Below are positions 39,950 to 49,996 of a DNA stretch of 64,000 nucleotides, in pieces (the first letter of the stretch is position 1; every line of letters starts with the position of its first letter). The notes below the pieces were generated by a model. The model was not told the DNA's origin. It was given only the letters and a program-made list of their open reading frames with translations, and made no database searches. The position numbers were made by a program, and so were the translations under genes. The stretch is from Candidatus Heimdallarchaeota archaeon (GTDB lineage: Archaea; Asgardarchaeota; Heimdallarchaeia; Heimdallarchaeales; Heimdallarchaeaceae), in assembly GCA_019057815.1 (NCBI GenBank), contig JAHLWR010000009.1, positions 67,858-131,857 on the forward strand, written 5' to 3'.

Positions 39950-41230
39950 TCATTGATATTCTTTCATTATCTGTAATGTTGTTATATCAGAAATCCAGGG
40001 GATTTTTTCGATCAACTTTTCAACCAAGCCATAAGCTTTTCCTATACTTCTAATTTTTAAACTAATTAGTAGATCATGCTTTCCTGTAATAAAAGAAACG
40101 TTTTCTACTCCTTTGATTTTCATTAATTCTTCAAGTTTTATAGGTATTCCTTGTTGTATTTTTGCTAGAATTATTGCTCTAATTTCTGACATTGAAAGAG
40201 CTATAATCCCTGTTAGTACTAATATTGAACCAGAAATTTTCAGTATAACAGAAATAGCGTCTGTAAACTCACCTTGAAATGCATCACGAAACCATATTCC
40301 TGCAATTGCTACTAAAGGTAATGTTGATACAACACTGACACTGCTTAAGGATCTAACAATAGACATTTTACCCATTGTAAGAGCTCTAGCGAAAAAGACA
40401 ACAGCTAAATAAACTAGAAGCATAGAAGCAATTACAGGCAAAAGTGCAGATTTCCAATTTTGAGTTATTTCTCCTAAACCTTGTTTAACCAGTGTAGGTA
40501 TTGTAGCTATACATTGACCTATTGTCATTATTATCATTGTCCATAATCTCAAATTAACAGAATCAAATAGTCTTCCTTTAGAATCTTTTGTTGTTAATGC
40601 TTTCTTCTGAAAGTAGATATATAATGCTGAAAATATTGAAAAAGGACCAAATACGAGAAATAGTCCCAAAGGATCAAGAGAAACACCACTTGATGAACCT
40701 TGTAACGAGGTTACAATAACACCTATAGCTATCATAACAATTGATTGAATTTCGATTGTTACTGGCTTTTCTTTATCACTTATAGAATCTGAAATAAGCA
40801 AATAGACAACTATAAATTGGCTAAAAGGCATAATAACAGAAGCTTCAAAACGTGAAATCAAAACAAAATATATGATTGTATTTCCAGTTGCGAATATTCC
40901 AGCTAAAAGAGTATAAAGTCCTATACGCCCTTTTGGTAGTTTTAATCCCCTGAAATTTGGGTCTAAATAGTAACCCAATAAGAAACGTCGATTACTTTTT
41001 GATTTAGATTTCTTCACGATAGGGATACAAAGAGTTAAGATTAAAATAATAGAAACAATTAATCCTATAACCATCTCAAAGGATCCAAAAAGAAATGGAT
41101 TCTGAATCTTAGTGTTTGCGATTACATCAAGAACTACATATAAGCTGGTAACAATACCACTACCCAATGCAAGAATATAGAAAGTACTCTTTCTTTTTAT
41201 CTTACTAATTGGTCTAGTAGCTGGAGACAA
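39950..41230 (-). CDS. DMT/EamA-like polytopic membrane protein fused to a C-terminal RAM (Lrp/AsnC C-terminal ligand-binding) domain
   Basis: About 10 TM helices, then GVENVSFITGKHDLLISLKIRS...ISDITTLQIMKEY, which matches the RAM-domain pattern. Confidence 0.55.
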   Translation of the reverse strand: MSPATRPISKIKRKSTFYILALGSGIVTSLYVVLDVIANTKIQNPFLFGSFEMVIGLIVSIILILTLCIPIVKKSKSKSNRRFLLGYYLDPNFRGLKLPKGRIGLYTLLAGIFATGNTIIYFVLISRFEASVIMPFSQFIVVYLLISDSISDKEKPVTIEIQSIVMIAIGVIVTSLQGSSSGVSLDPLGLFLVFGPFSIFSALYIYFQKKALTTKDSKGRLFDSVNLRLWTMIIMTIGQCIATIPTLVKQGLGEITQNWKSALLPVIASMLLVYLAVVFFARALTMGKMSIVRSLSSVSVVSTLPLVAIAGIWFRDAFQGEFTDAISVILKISGSILVLTGIIALSMSEIRAIILAKIQQGIPIKLEELMKIKGVENVSFITGKHDLLISLKIRSIGKAYGLVEKLIEKIPWISDITTLQIMKEYQ

Positions 41231-41234
41231 GATG

Positions 41235-41483
41235 TCACTCTCTGATTATTTCTTTTTCAATAATAGCTGTTTGAGTATCAATTATACCTTCGATAAGATG
41301 AATTTGTTCACTTGTAATAAGATATAACTCCTCAAGATTATCAATTGTAATTCTAGCCACAATATCCCACTCTCCAGTAACAACTGCTACATTAGTAATA
41401 TTAGGGATAGATCGAAGCTGATTCAGAACCTCTTGTGTCTTTCCTAGTTTGACATCAAAGAAAATATACGCAGATACAGTCAT
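41235..41483 (-). CDS. Stand-alone RAM-domain protein (Lrp/AsnC C-terminal domain only)
   Basis: 82 aa with ITNVAVVTGEWDIVARITIDN...TQTAIIEKEI, the RAM fold pattern. 4 bp upstream of the RAM-fused transporter. Confidence 0.65.
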   Translation of the reverse strand: MTVSAYIFFDVKLGKTQEVLNQLRSIPNITNVAVVTGEWDIVARITIDNLEELYLITSEQIHLIEGIIDTQTAIIEKEIIRE

Positions 41484-41601
41484 ATTCGAAATAAGAAATA
41501 ACTGTAATTAAAAATTCTGTTATAGAGTTAGTGTCATTATCGTTTAGATTATCTTCCGTTCTATTTATTAAAAAAAAGGGAGGATAATAGGTTTCATTCT
41601 G

Positions 41602-42579
41602 TTATTGCTTCTTTTTTTTCAGAAAAGTTATAAGCATAGGAAGAACCATTAATGTTAATATGATAGTGTAAAACTCGAAGTCAACCCCAATACCAGCTAA
41701 ACCACCCTTTTGTATAAAATAATCACTTTCAGATGTATATGTTATGTTCTCCTTGGATCTATAGGTTTCTATGTGTTCCATGTAACTTTCTAAGATTCCA
41801 CCTTTACTGTATTCAAATTCACAACTGATTAGATATTTATCATAAGGGTAATAATCAACTTTATTATTCACATTATCGTAGATCCCATGGTGTATATTAC
41901 CAGCGAGATCAAATTCAAATGACCATTTAGTAGTATCATTTGTAAAAGCATTTTGAGCATTAGTTATAGTATCTTCACCCATTATCTTGTAACTAGAGGT
42001 AGAATCTAAGAAATCACTTAATTCAATGTAATGATACGTATAATTATGAATTACAGCAAAAATAATCCTTGAAGTGTTAAGTATTTCAACAAATTCTCCA
42101 TTAAAAGTTCCCCAGTCTGGTTCTAAAAATAGTGATGGGAAACCATATTTCCAAAATGGGTCAAAATCAAAATATAAACCAGTTAGAATCGTTTCATTTA
42201 AAGAACTATCCCATCTATAATTGAATTCTAACAGAACCTGTGCAAGAATTAGACCATTTTCTTTAGCACCATAGATTCGCGTATATTCAGATGTGTAACC
42301 AGAAGGGGATTTACGCTTTGTTGTGCATGTTTTATTATTTTCATCCATGGAAGAAATGGAGATTTTATATTCGAATTCATTTAAATATTCAAATGAATTT
42401 ACAATAGACTCATTTATCCACTCACCAGATGATTTATGAACATTTCTTATTCCATAAATAATAGAGTCGCCAACATTCCAATCTCTAACATTTATTGCAT
42501 TAATCAAAGGTAAACTACTCAATAATGTAAAGATGAGTATCAAGTTAATGGTTAATATAACTTTAGCTTTTTTTTGCAT
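41602..42579 (-). CDS. Secreted protein with an N-terminal signal peptide and a C-terminal TM anchor plus KKKKQ
   Basis: Hydrophobic N- and C-termini with Asn/Thr/Ser-rich middle; unknown function. Confidence 0.5.
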   Translation of the reverse strand: MQKKAKVILTINLILIFTLLSSLPLINAINVRDWNVGDSIIYGIRNVHKSSGEWINESIVNSFEYLNEFEYKISISSMDENNKTCTTKRKSPSGYTSEYTRIYGAKENGLILAQVLLEFNYRWDSSLNETILTGLYFDFDPFWKYGFPSLFLEPDWGTFNGEFVEILNTSRIIFAVIHNYTYHYIELSDFLDSTSSYKIMGEDTITNAQNAFTNDTTKWSFEFDLAGNIHHGIYDNVNNKVDYYPYDKYLISCEFEYSKGGILESYMEHIETYRSKENITYTSESDYFIQKGGLAGIGVDFEFYTIILTLMVLPMLITFLKKKKQ

Positions 42580-42820
42580 TTAAAAACCTCTCTTACTAGT
42601 TAATTGGTTTCTAGATGTTTTTTATCTTATTAAAGCTTTGCTTGATTTAAGCAAATAATGAAGAGAGACTGTATTTAACAAGTAGAAAATCTACCTTTTA
42701 AAATCAACAGTTTGATAGAAAAATAATCATAATTCACTTTTTTGAGGAATTAACATTTCCTAATTTATACCAATATGATTACTCGTCATATTTTTAAGCT
42801 CTCAAGTTTTAAAATAACCC

Positions 42821-43933
42821 ATGAAAGCAAGAGGTTTAGGGATACAATTTGATGGTCAACCAGGAAAAAATAATACAATAACTGATGTTGAAGGTGTATT
42901 AGTTGGTCATTCTACAATTATAGAGGGGGAAGGAGAGCTTGTAAGAGGTAAAGGTCCCATAAGAACAGGAGTGACAGCTATATTTCCTTGTGGGAAGAGC
43001 TCAGACGAAGTATTTGCTGGTCTATTTTCTTACAATGGTAACGGAGAGATGACAGGATCACACTGGATTGAAGAAGTTGGACAACTGAAGGGACCTATAT
43101 GTCTAACTAATACTCATAGTGTTGGTTTAGTTAGAGATTCTATAATCGAGTGGTTCATAAATAATGGTTTTTATAAAAAATCTGTTTTTTGGTCATTACC
43201 CGTTGTTGCTGAAACTTATGATGGATTACTCAATGATATAAATGGTTTTCATGTTAAAAAAGAGCATGTCTTTGAAGCCTTAGATTCTTCAAAATCTGGT
43301 AATGTAGAAGAAGGAAACGTTGGTGGAGGAACAGGAATGGTGTGCCACCAATTTAAAGGAGGGATTGGCACAAGTTCACGTATTCTAGATGAGCGTTTTG
43401 GAGATTTCACCGTCGGAGTTCTTGTACAAGCCAATTATGGATTACGTGAGCATCTCACTATTTCAGGAGTTCCTGTAGGTAAAGAGTTGAAAGGTGAATC
43501 TATGCCTAAATTCCATTTTGACTCTAAGAGTCTTGAGGGAGGAAATGAAATAGGATCAATTATAGTTGTAGTAGCAACAGATGCTCCACTACTCCCTAAT
43601 CAATTGAAAAGACTAGCAAAAAGAGTAACAGCAGGACTTGCAAGAACAGGTGGATACGGTGGTCATACATCAGGAGATATATTTCTAGCATTTTCAACTG
43701 CAAACAGACTCAAAAAAGAAACGGATGTAAAAGAAAAAATCAGCTCTGTTAAGACATTGGATGATCTTTATATCTCACATTTGTTCAAAGCTACTGCAGA
43801 AGCAACAGAAGAAGCAATTATTAATGCTCTTGTAAGCGCAGAAACTATGGAAGGAATAAACAAAAACATTGTTTATGCATTATCACACGACAAATTGCAC
43901 AACATATTAGGTAAATATAATAGGTTAAATTAA
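42821..43933 (+). CDS. DmpA/S58-family (L-aminopeptidase / beta-peptidyl aminopeptidase) protein
   Basis: N-terminal GPIRTGVTAI and overall DmpA/ArgJ-like Ntn-hydrolase pattern. Confidence 0.8.
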   Translation: MKARGLGIQFDGQPGKNNTITDVEGVLVGHSTIIEGEGELVRGKGPIRTGVTAIFPCGKSSDEVFAGLFSYNGNGEMTGSHWIEEVGQLKGPICLTNTHSVGLVRDSIIEWFINNGFYKKSVFWSLPVVAETYDGLLNDINGFHVKKEHVFEALDSSKSGNVEEGNVGGGTGMVCHQFKGGIGTSSRILDERFGDFTVGVLVQANYGLREHLTISGVPVGKELKGESMPKFHFDSKSLEGGNEIGSIIVVVATDAPLLPNQLKRLAKRVTAGLARTGGYGGHTSGDIFLAFSTANRLKKETDVKEKISSVKTLDDLYISHLFKATAEATEEAIINALVSAETMEGINKNIVYALSHDKLHNILGKYNRLN

Positions 43934-44103
43934 TTTGTTAGAAACGAGTAACAAAATCATAAGTTAGGTTTATGTAATAATCCAATGTTTCCGATTAGTT
44001 TTCTAATAACCCCAAATCTTCTTCAAAATCTTTTATAGATTCTAGTTAATAGTATTTTCCTCTAGTTCATAGTGTTTCATTGTAGCTAATATGTTTTTAA
44101 GAA

Positions 44104-45564
44104 CTACGATTTAAGATAGCGAAATGCAATGAGTAAGTAAAGCTTAGTGATATCATTCAAAGTGCTTATTTCAGCATATTCGTTAGCATTGTGAGCATTT
44201 CTCCCACCTGGTCCTATTACAAAAATATCTTTTATTCCAGCTTCTCGCATATTTCCAGCATCTGAAAATCCTGTGTTAAATGTGAATATTGGTTTCACTT
44301 GATATATTGTTTCAAATGAATTCTTTAAGACCTTCCCAAATTCCGAATGAGGATTTATTGAAGAGCCTACTCCTATAGTTATAATAGTAAGAGTGATGTC
44401 TACTGGTTCTTGTTTAAACTTTTGATTTGAATGTTGTAGATTTATATATCCTTCAGGTAATTCAATCCGATATTTCAATTTTGAACAATACTTTACAATC
44501 GAATCAAATAATTCTTGAGTCGTTAATCCAGGCATTGTTCTGAAATCTACATTTAACTCACATCTATCTGGAATAACATTTGTTTTTATTCCAGCTTTTA
44601 TCTCATTAAAGCTAAAAGTTGTCTTATGTAAATTACCTAAATTTCTTTTATCTTTATCTAAAGGAACTTTTTCTCCAGTAAATGAACGTATTTTTCTATA
44701 ATCTGAAAAACTTACTCTTGACAATAACATCTTTACATATTGTATTTTTGAAATAGGTGCTTTACATTTTTTAATTTTCAATTTCTTTTCAGCTTTTGCG
44801 ATGAATCTGACTGCTTTATTTATAGCATTACTTTTTTCTTTTGGCCAACTACCATGACCTGCAACTCCATGAAAGGCTAATTTTACCCAATGTGGTCCCT
44901 TCTCCCCGATTCCTATAGATGGACTAGATAAAGGTTTTATAATGCTAGGTTCTGAAATAATCGTTGCATCTGTATTTACAACATCAAAATGATTTTTTGT
45001 CATAAATGCTGAACCATATGCTCCGTGAGTCTCTTCATCAGGTGTAAACCACATTTGTATTTTTCCGCTGAATTTCACTCCTGAATTCTTTAACAATTTC
45101 ATTGCAATCATTTGACACGCGACACCTGCTTTCATGTCAAAGGCTCCTCGACCGTAGAGTTTTTCATCTTTAATTACACCTCCTAAAGGAGGGGTGTCTG
45201 GGTTCCATTTATCAGGACTATAAGGTACGATATCCAGATGACCATTAAATTGAAGCGTTTTTCCGAGAGAATTACCTTTATGAGATACTATCAAATTATA
45301 ATAGAATTCATCTTCTTTCTTACTTAAAAAAGGAACTTTATAGAGTTTAGCTGTGAATCCTTCTTTTTCCATATATTTTTTTGTGAATTCGAATATCTTG
45401 CTAATATCATAAAATTGAAACTCTGACATGTTAAGAGAGTCAATCTTAACTAAGTTTTGTAGAAGATCTATAATTTCTTCTTCATAATCATCCACTAAAG
45501 ATATTAATTTGCGCTCTTCTTCCGTTATTGGGAATTTTGCTTTTATTTTCTTTTCTACCACCAT
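44104..45564 (-). CDS. M20-family metallopeptidase (ArgE/DapE/carnosinase-like)
   Basis: NGHLDIVP and GRGAFDMKAG are canonical M20 metal-site motifs. Confidence 0.85.
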   Translation of the reverse strand: MVVEKKIKAKFPITEEERKLISLVDDYEEEIIDLLQNLVKIDSLNMSEFQFYDISKIFEFTKKYMEKEGFTAKLYKVPFLSKKEDEFYYNLIVSHKGNSLGKTLQFNGHLDIVPYSPDKWNPDTPPLGGVIKDEKLYGRGAFDMKAGVACQMIAMKLLKNSGVKFSGKIQMWFTPDEETHGAYGSAFMTKNHFDVVNTDATIISEPSIIKPLSSPSIGIGEKGPHWVKLAFHGVAGHGSWPKEKSNAINKAVRFIAKAEKKLKIKKCKAPISKIQYVKMLLSRVSFSDYRKIRSFTGEKVPLDKDKRNLGNLHKTTFSFNEIKAGIKTNVIPDRCELNVDFRTMPGLTTQELFDSIVKYCSKLKYRIELPEGYINLQHSNQKFKQEPVDITLTIITIGVGSSINPHSEFGKVLKNSFETIYQVKPIFTFNTGFSDAGNMREAGIKDIFVIGPGGRNAHNANEYAEISTLNDITKLYLLIAFRYLKS

Positions 45565-45640
45565 ATTGAAACAACCTTAACTAGTTTTTTTCTACTTTTT
45601 TGATTTTTCTTTTCATTTCTGTTTACTTTTTTATATTTCT

Positions 45641-47257
45641 TCAAGCACTATGTTTGTAAATAATTTTCCCTTCAATAATTGTCATTTCGATAGAGATATC
45701 CTTGATTTTTTCTTCTTTAATTGTCAAGATATCCTCACCTAAAACAACCATATCAGCTAGTTTTCCAGGTTCAATCGAACCAAGTACGTTTTCATCAAAT
45801 GAATGATATGCAGCGTATGTTGTGTATAATTTCAGTGCCTCAATGACTGATATTTTCTGATTTTCACCTATTGGTCTTCCAGCTTTTGTTTTTCTATTTA
45901 CCAAAGCATGAATAGCCATAAGGGGAGGAAATGGAGCACAAGGATGATCGGAATGAGCAGAAATCTTTACACCTGCGTCCAGAAAAGATCTAGCTGCAAA
46001 CATAGACTCCAACCGTTTTTCTCCAAATGCAGGTATCAACTTATCACCATGATAATAGGCATATGGACCAAATATGGTAGGAAATATTCCAAGTTTCTTT
46101 ATCTTTTCAACTAGTCTATCATTTATAACTGTGCAGTGTATACCCCTGTTTCTTGGATCTTTTCGTGGATAGTTTGTTTGAAGCTCTTCCATAATGTCCA
46201 AATACATTTCTATAGCTCGATCACCATTTGCATGTGCTGATATTCTATAACCTTCTTTGTATGCTTTAGAAAGAACTTCAGTTGCAATCTCCTTAGTTGT
46301 TGCCATCACTCCATAGAAGTCTGGTTTGTCCAAGTAAGGTTCAGAAACAGCTGCAGTTCTAGCAGAAATTGCACCATCAAAGAAGAATTTAATCCCACAT
46401 AATCTAAGCCAGTCATCACCAAGTCCTCTATATATACCAAGTTTGTCAAGCTCCTCGAGAAGATCTATTGTTACGTCCATCCTTACTCTAATTGGAAGAT
46501 TATTGGAGTTTTTGAGATCAATAGCTGCTCGAATCTCAGATTTACCAACTAAATCGTAAACACAAGTTAAGCCTGTTGATGCACATTCATTTAGAATTTG
46601 TTTAGCTCCTTCATAAGCTTGTTCTCTTGTCGGTTCTGGATTACCTTCCGGTCTTAAAATATTGTGAGCTTCCTCATGGAGGCCTCCAGTTAGCTCACCT
46701 GTTTCAGGATCTCGATCAAACTTACCTCCAATAGGATCTGGTGTATCTTTTGTAACTCCTACTAACTTAAAAGCTATTGAATTAGCTATCCAGAAGTGCC
46801 CTCCAACAGTTGTAACTAGAATAGGATGATTAGTAGATACTTCATCAAGATCCCATCGGGTTGGATGTCTTTTCTCCTTAAGCTTTGAGTCATCTTCTTG
46901 ATACCCAAAAATCCATTTACCAACAGGAGTTTTACTTACTGTTTCTTTAAGACATGTCTGTATGTCAGCTATTGATGTAATTCCAGCTTCTTCGCTAAGA
47001 TCAATATATATCTTCCTTGCGGCACCTACATACAAGAAATGACCATGAGAATCAATTATTCCAGGAATTACAGTTTTTCTCTGAAGGTCTATGACATTAG
47101 TCTCTTCTCCAGCATATTCAGATATAATATCAAAGCTACTTCCAACTGCGATTATTCTGCCAAATTTAACAGCCACTGCTTGAACAATGGATTCTTCAGT
47201 GTCCATTGTTATAATTTTTCCATTATCTAGAATAAGATCTGCATATATCATTTTCAT
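45641..47257 (-). CDS. Amidohydrolase-3 family metal-dependent hydrolase
   Basis: PGIIDSHGHF has the HxH motif. 538 aa; typical length. Confidence 0.85.
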   Translation of the reverse strand: MKMIYADLILDNGKIITMDTEESIVQAVAVKFGRIIAVGSSFDIISEYAGEETNVIDLQRKTVIPGIIDSHGHFLYVGAARKIYIDLSEEAGITSIADIQTCLKETVSKTPVGKWIFGYQEDDSKLKEKRHPTRWDLDEVSTNHPILVTTVGGHFWIANSIAFKLVGVTKDTPDPIGGKFDRDPETGELTGGLHEEAHNILRPEGNPEPTREQAYEGAKQILNECASTGLTCVYDLVGKSEIRAAIDLKNSNNLPIRVRMDVTIDLLEELDKLGIYRGLGDDWLRLCGIKFFFDGAISARTAAVSEPYLDKPDFYGVMATTKEIATEVLSKAYKEGYRISAHANGDRAIEMYLDIMEELQTNYPRKDPRNRGIHCTVINDRLVEKIKKLGIFPTIFGPYAYYHGDKLIPAFGEKRLESMFAARSFLDAGVKISAHSDHPCAPFPPLMAIHALVNRKTKAGRPIGENQKISVIEALKLYTTYAAYHSFDENVLGSIEPGKLADMVVLGEDILTIKEEKIKDISIEMTIIEGKIIYKHSA

Positions 47258-47288
47258 GAAATCCTTGTTTTTTCAAATTTGATTATTA

Positions 47289-48518
47289 TTAACTTTTTTT
47301 CCTTCTTCTGTACATCAAAAATGCTGTTGCACTTCCAGTTATAACAATTACACTACTTATAGGTATAACATAATACATCCAAGTATTTGATGACCCATAA
47401 TCATCAGATGCTGCAGGGATGATATATTGTTCTAACAAAAATCTTCTTACGTCACTTAAAGTATCAAAACTTGTGAAAATAACAACAAGGTTCTTTGAAG
47501 GAACAACGAATATTCTTTGACCAGCCCAACCCCAAGCAGAAAAATGTTTAATTGAACAGGTTCTACAAATCCACCATTGATATCCATAAGCATAATTCAG
47601 ACTAGATGATGTAACAAGTCTATTTGTTGCTTCTTGTATCCACTCTTTAGGAACAACTTGTTGATCTTCCCAAGTTCCATTGTGCAAATATAAAAAACCT
47701 ATCTTAGCCATATCGCGCGCTGTCAAGGAAAGAGCTTCACCCCCTCTTGTAATCCCCTGAGAATCGGTGTTCCAGGTATAATTTGTTATATTAAGATAGT
47801 TGAACAAATGATTCAACGCAAAAGCTTCCATTGAAATACCTGTCGCTTTTTGTATTATAGCAGACAAAAGGTGTGAACATCCCGTGTTATAGTTGAATTC
47901 AGTTCCAGGACTACTAACCATTGGTTTATCCAGAATATACTGAATCCAATCTGACTCGGTTTTAACAGCAGTTAAATCATTAGCAGGACTAAAATAGCTA
48001 ATATATTCATCCCATTCTAAACCAGATGTCATTGTAAGTAAATGCCAAATTGTTATGTTTTGTTTGTCTTCGTCCATATTCTCAAATGTTCTATTTGGAA
48101 AGAAATCTAGTATCTTTTGTTGAATTCCTTCTAAATATCCTTCATAAATAGCAATACCAATCAATGTTGAAGTGATGCTTTTTGTACAAGAATATATTGG
48201 GTTTATTATATTGATTCGATCAGAACCATAATACGTTTCATCTACTAAATAGCCATTACGAACTATCAGCATACTAGTTAGACCAATATTGTGGTTTTCT
48301 ACGTAATCTTTTAGATCACTTATTAATTCGGGATTCATTCCTTGTTTTTTTAAGCTAGATGTTTGCCAACTGTCAGTTGGCCAATAATTGGGTCCTTCCA
48401 GATAAGACACAGGCAAACCTAATATTGAAATCGAGAAAAATAGAACAATTAGAAATATACTCATAGTCACATATCTGCAATCTTTCGACTTTTTCATAGT
48501 ATCACCAAGTAAACACAT
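47289..48518 (-). CDS. Beta-lactamase-fold serine hydrolase (class C / esterase / D-aminopeptidase-like), membrane-anchored
   Basis: SCTKS has the SxxK motif. Signal peptide and C-terminal TM helix. Confidence 0.8.
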   Translation of the reverse strand: MCLLGDTMKKSKDCRYVTMSIFLIVLFFSISILGLPVSYLEGPNYWPTDSWQTSSLKKQGMNPELISDLKDYVENHNIGLTSMLIVRNGYLVDETYYGSDRINIINPIYSCTKSITSTLIGIAIYEGYLEGIQQKILDFFPNRTFENMDEDKQNITIWHLLTMTSGLEWDEYISYFSPANDLTAVKTESDWIQYILDKPMVSSPGTEFNYNTGCSHLLSAIIQKATGISMEAFALNHLFNYLNITNYTWNTDSQGITRGGEALSLTARDMAKIGFLYLHNGTWEDQQVVPKEWIQEATNRLVTSSSLNYAYGYQWWICRTCSIKHFSAWGWAGQRIFVVPSKNLVVIFTSFDTLSDVRRFLLEQYIIPAASDDYGSSNTWMYYVIPISSVIVITGSATAFLMYRRRKKS

Positions 48519-48557
48519 TTTTGCTGAAACTAAAACAAATATTACTGTTTAACATAT

Positions 48558-49850
48558 TTAAGATATATTGAGTCCTTGTTCGATTTTTTCAAGTACTGTA
48601 GTAGCTTGATCTTCTGTTATACATAATGGAGGTTGTAAACGGAGAACATTTCCATAAATACCTCCCAAACCTATTATTACTCCTTCATTTTTCAGGTATT
48701 CAACCATCTTTTTCGCTTCATTTGAAGCAGGTGTTTTCGTTTGAGAATCTTTAACTAGTTCGATTCCAATCATTAATCCTTTTCCACGAATATCTCCAAT
48801 AATTGGATTCTTTTGTTGCATATCTTTTAATCCATCTTTGAAATGCTTCCCAATCTTTACTGAGTTATCGACTAAGCTTTCTTCCTGAATTATAGCAATA
48901 TTTTCTAATGCTACAGCACTACAGACAGGATTTCCACCATATGTAGAGAAAAAGTCTCCAAATGCAACACAATTAGCAATCTCACTAGTAACAATAGCTG
49001 CACCTATAGGCATACCACCACCAAGCCCTTTCGCTAATGCCATTAAATCAGGAGTAAGATTCCAATGTTCGCTAGCAAACATTTTACCTGTCCGACCAAA
49101 ACCTGTCTGTACTTCATCTAGAATGAATAGTATTTCACGCTCTCTGAGTATCTTTGTGAGCGTTTTAAAATAAGAATCAGGTGGAATAATTATACCTCCT
49201 TCACCCAAAATAGGTTCCATAATAAAAGCTGCAACATCTCCAGCAGTGTGTCTATCAACTACTTTTTCTATAGCTAATGCTGCTTCAACACCACACTCTT
49301 CTGGAGATAGCTTTGATCTATAACAATAAGGAACAGGAGCATGAACAACTCCAGGAGCATTAGCATATGTACTAAATCCTTTCTTATATTTAGCTTGACC
49401 TGTTAAACTTAATGAATAACCCAATCTACCATGGAAAGAGCACTCTAATGCAATTAGAGCTGAACCTGCTTTTCCTCTGGAGAAAGCATATTTCTTAACC
49501 AGCTTTACAGCATTTTCCACAGCTTCTGTACCACTATTACAAAGATATGTAAATTTGAGATCACCCGGAGTTATCTCTGCAAGCTTCTCAACTAAAAGCG
49601 TCTGAGGTATGTTAAAGAATCGTCCTGAAGTATGAATTATTTTTGACATCTGTTCTGATGCAGCTTCCACTAATCGACCATGGGCATGACCGACATTTGA
49701 AACGGAGATTCCAGCAAAACAATCAATATACTCGTTTCCTTCTAAGTCTTTGAGTAATGTCCCTTTTCCTTCTGTTAGTACAATAGGAACACGTTCATAT
49801 CCTTGAACAAAGTACTTTTTATCGCTTTTCATTATCTCTTTAGAGTCCAT
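48558..49850 (-). CDS. Class III (omega-) aminotransferase
   Basis: SGTEAVENA and DEVQTGFGRTG are PLP class III signatures. Confidence 0.9.
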   Translation of the reverse strand: MDSKEIMKSDKKYFVQGYERVPIVLTEGKGTLLKDLEGNEYIDCFAGISVSNVGHAHGRLVEAASEQMSKIIHTSGRFFNIPQTLLVEKLAEITPGDLKFTYLCNSGTEAVENAVKLVKKYAFSRGKAGSALIALECSFHGRLGYSLSLTGQAKYKKGFSTYANAPGVVHAPVPYCYRSKLSPEECGVEAALAIEKVVDRHTAGDVAAFIMEPILGEGGIIIPPDSYFKTLTKILREREILFILDEVQTGFGRTGKMFASEHWNLTPDLMALAKGLGGGMPIGAAIVTSEIANCVAFGDFFSTYGGNPVCSAVALENIAIIQEESLVDNSVKIGKHFKDGLKDMQQKNPIIGDIRGKGLMIGIELVKDSQTKTPASNEAKKMVEYLKNEGVIIGLGGIYGNVLRLQPPLCITEDQATTVLEKIEQGLNIS

Positions 49851-49996
49851 TTCTAACCACCTTAAATTGTTTATTTGGTTTTTATATTTTTCTGTTTAGA
49901 TAAACATTAGTTTTCTAAACATTTATATTATCACTAGATATTTAAATATTACTTGAAAGATAAAAGCAAAACTAATAAAGCTGGTAGAGTGAAATT

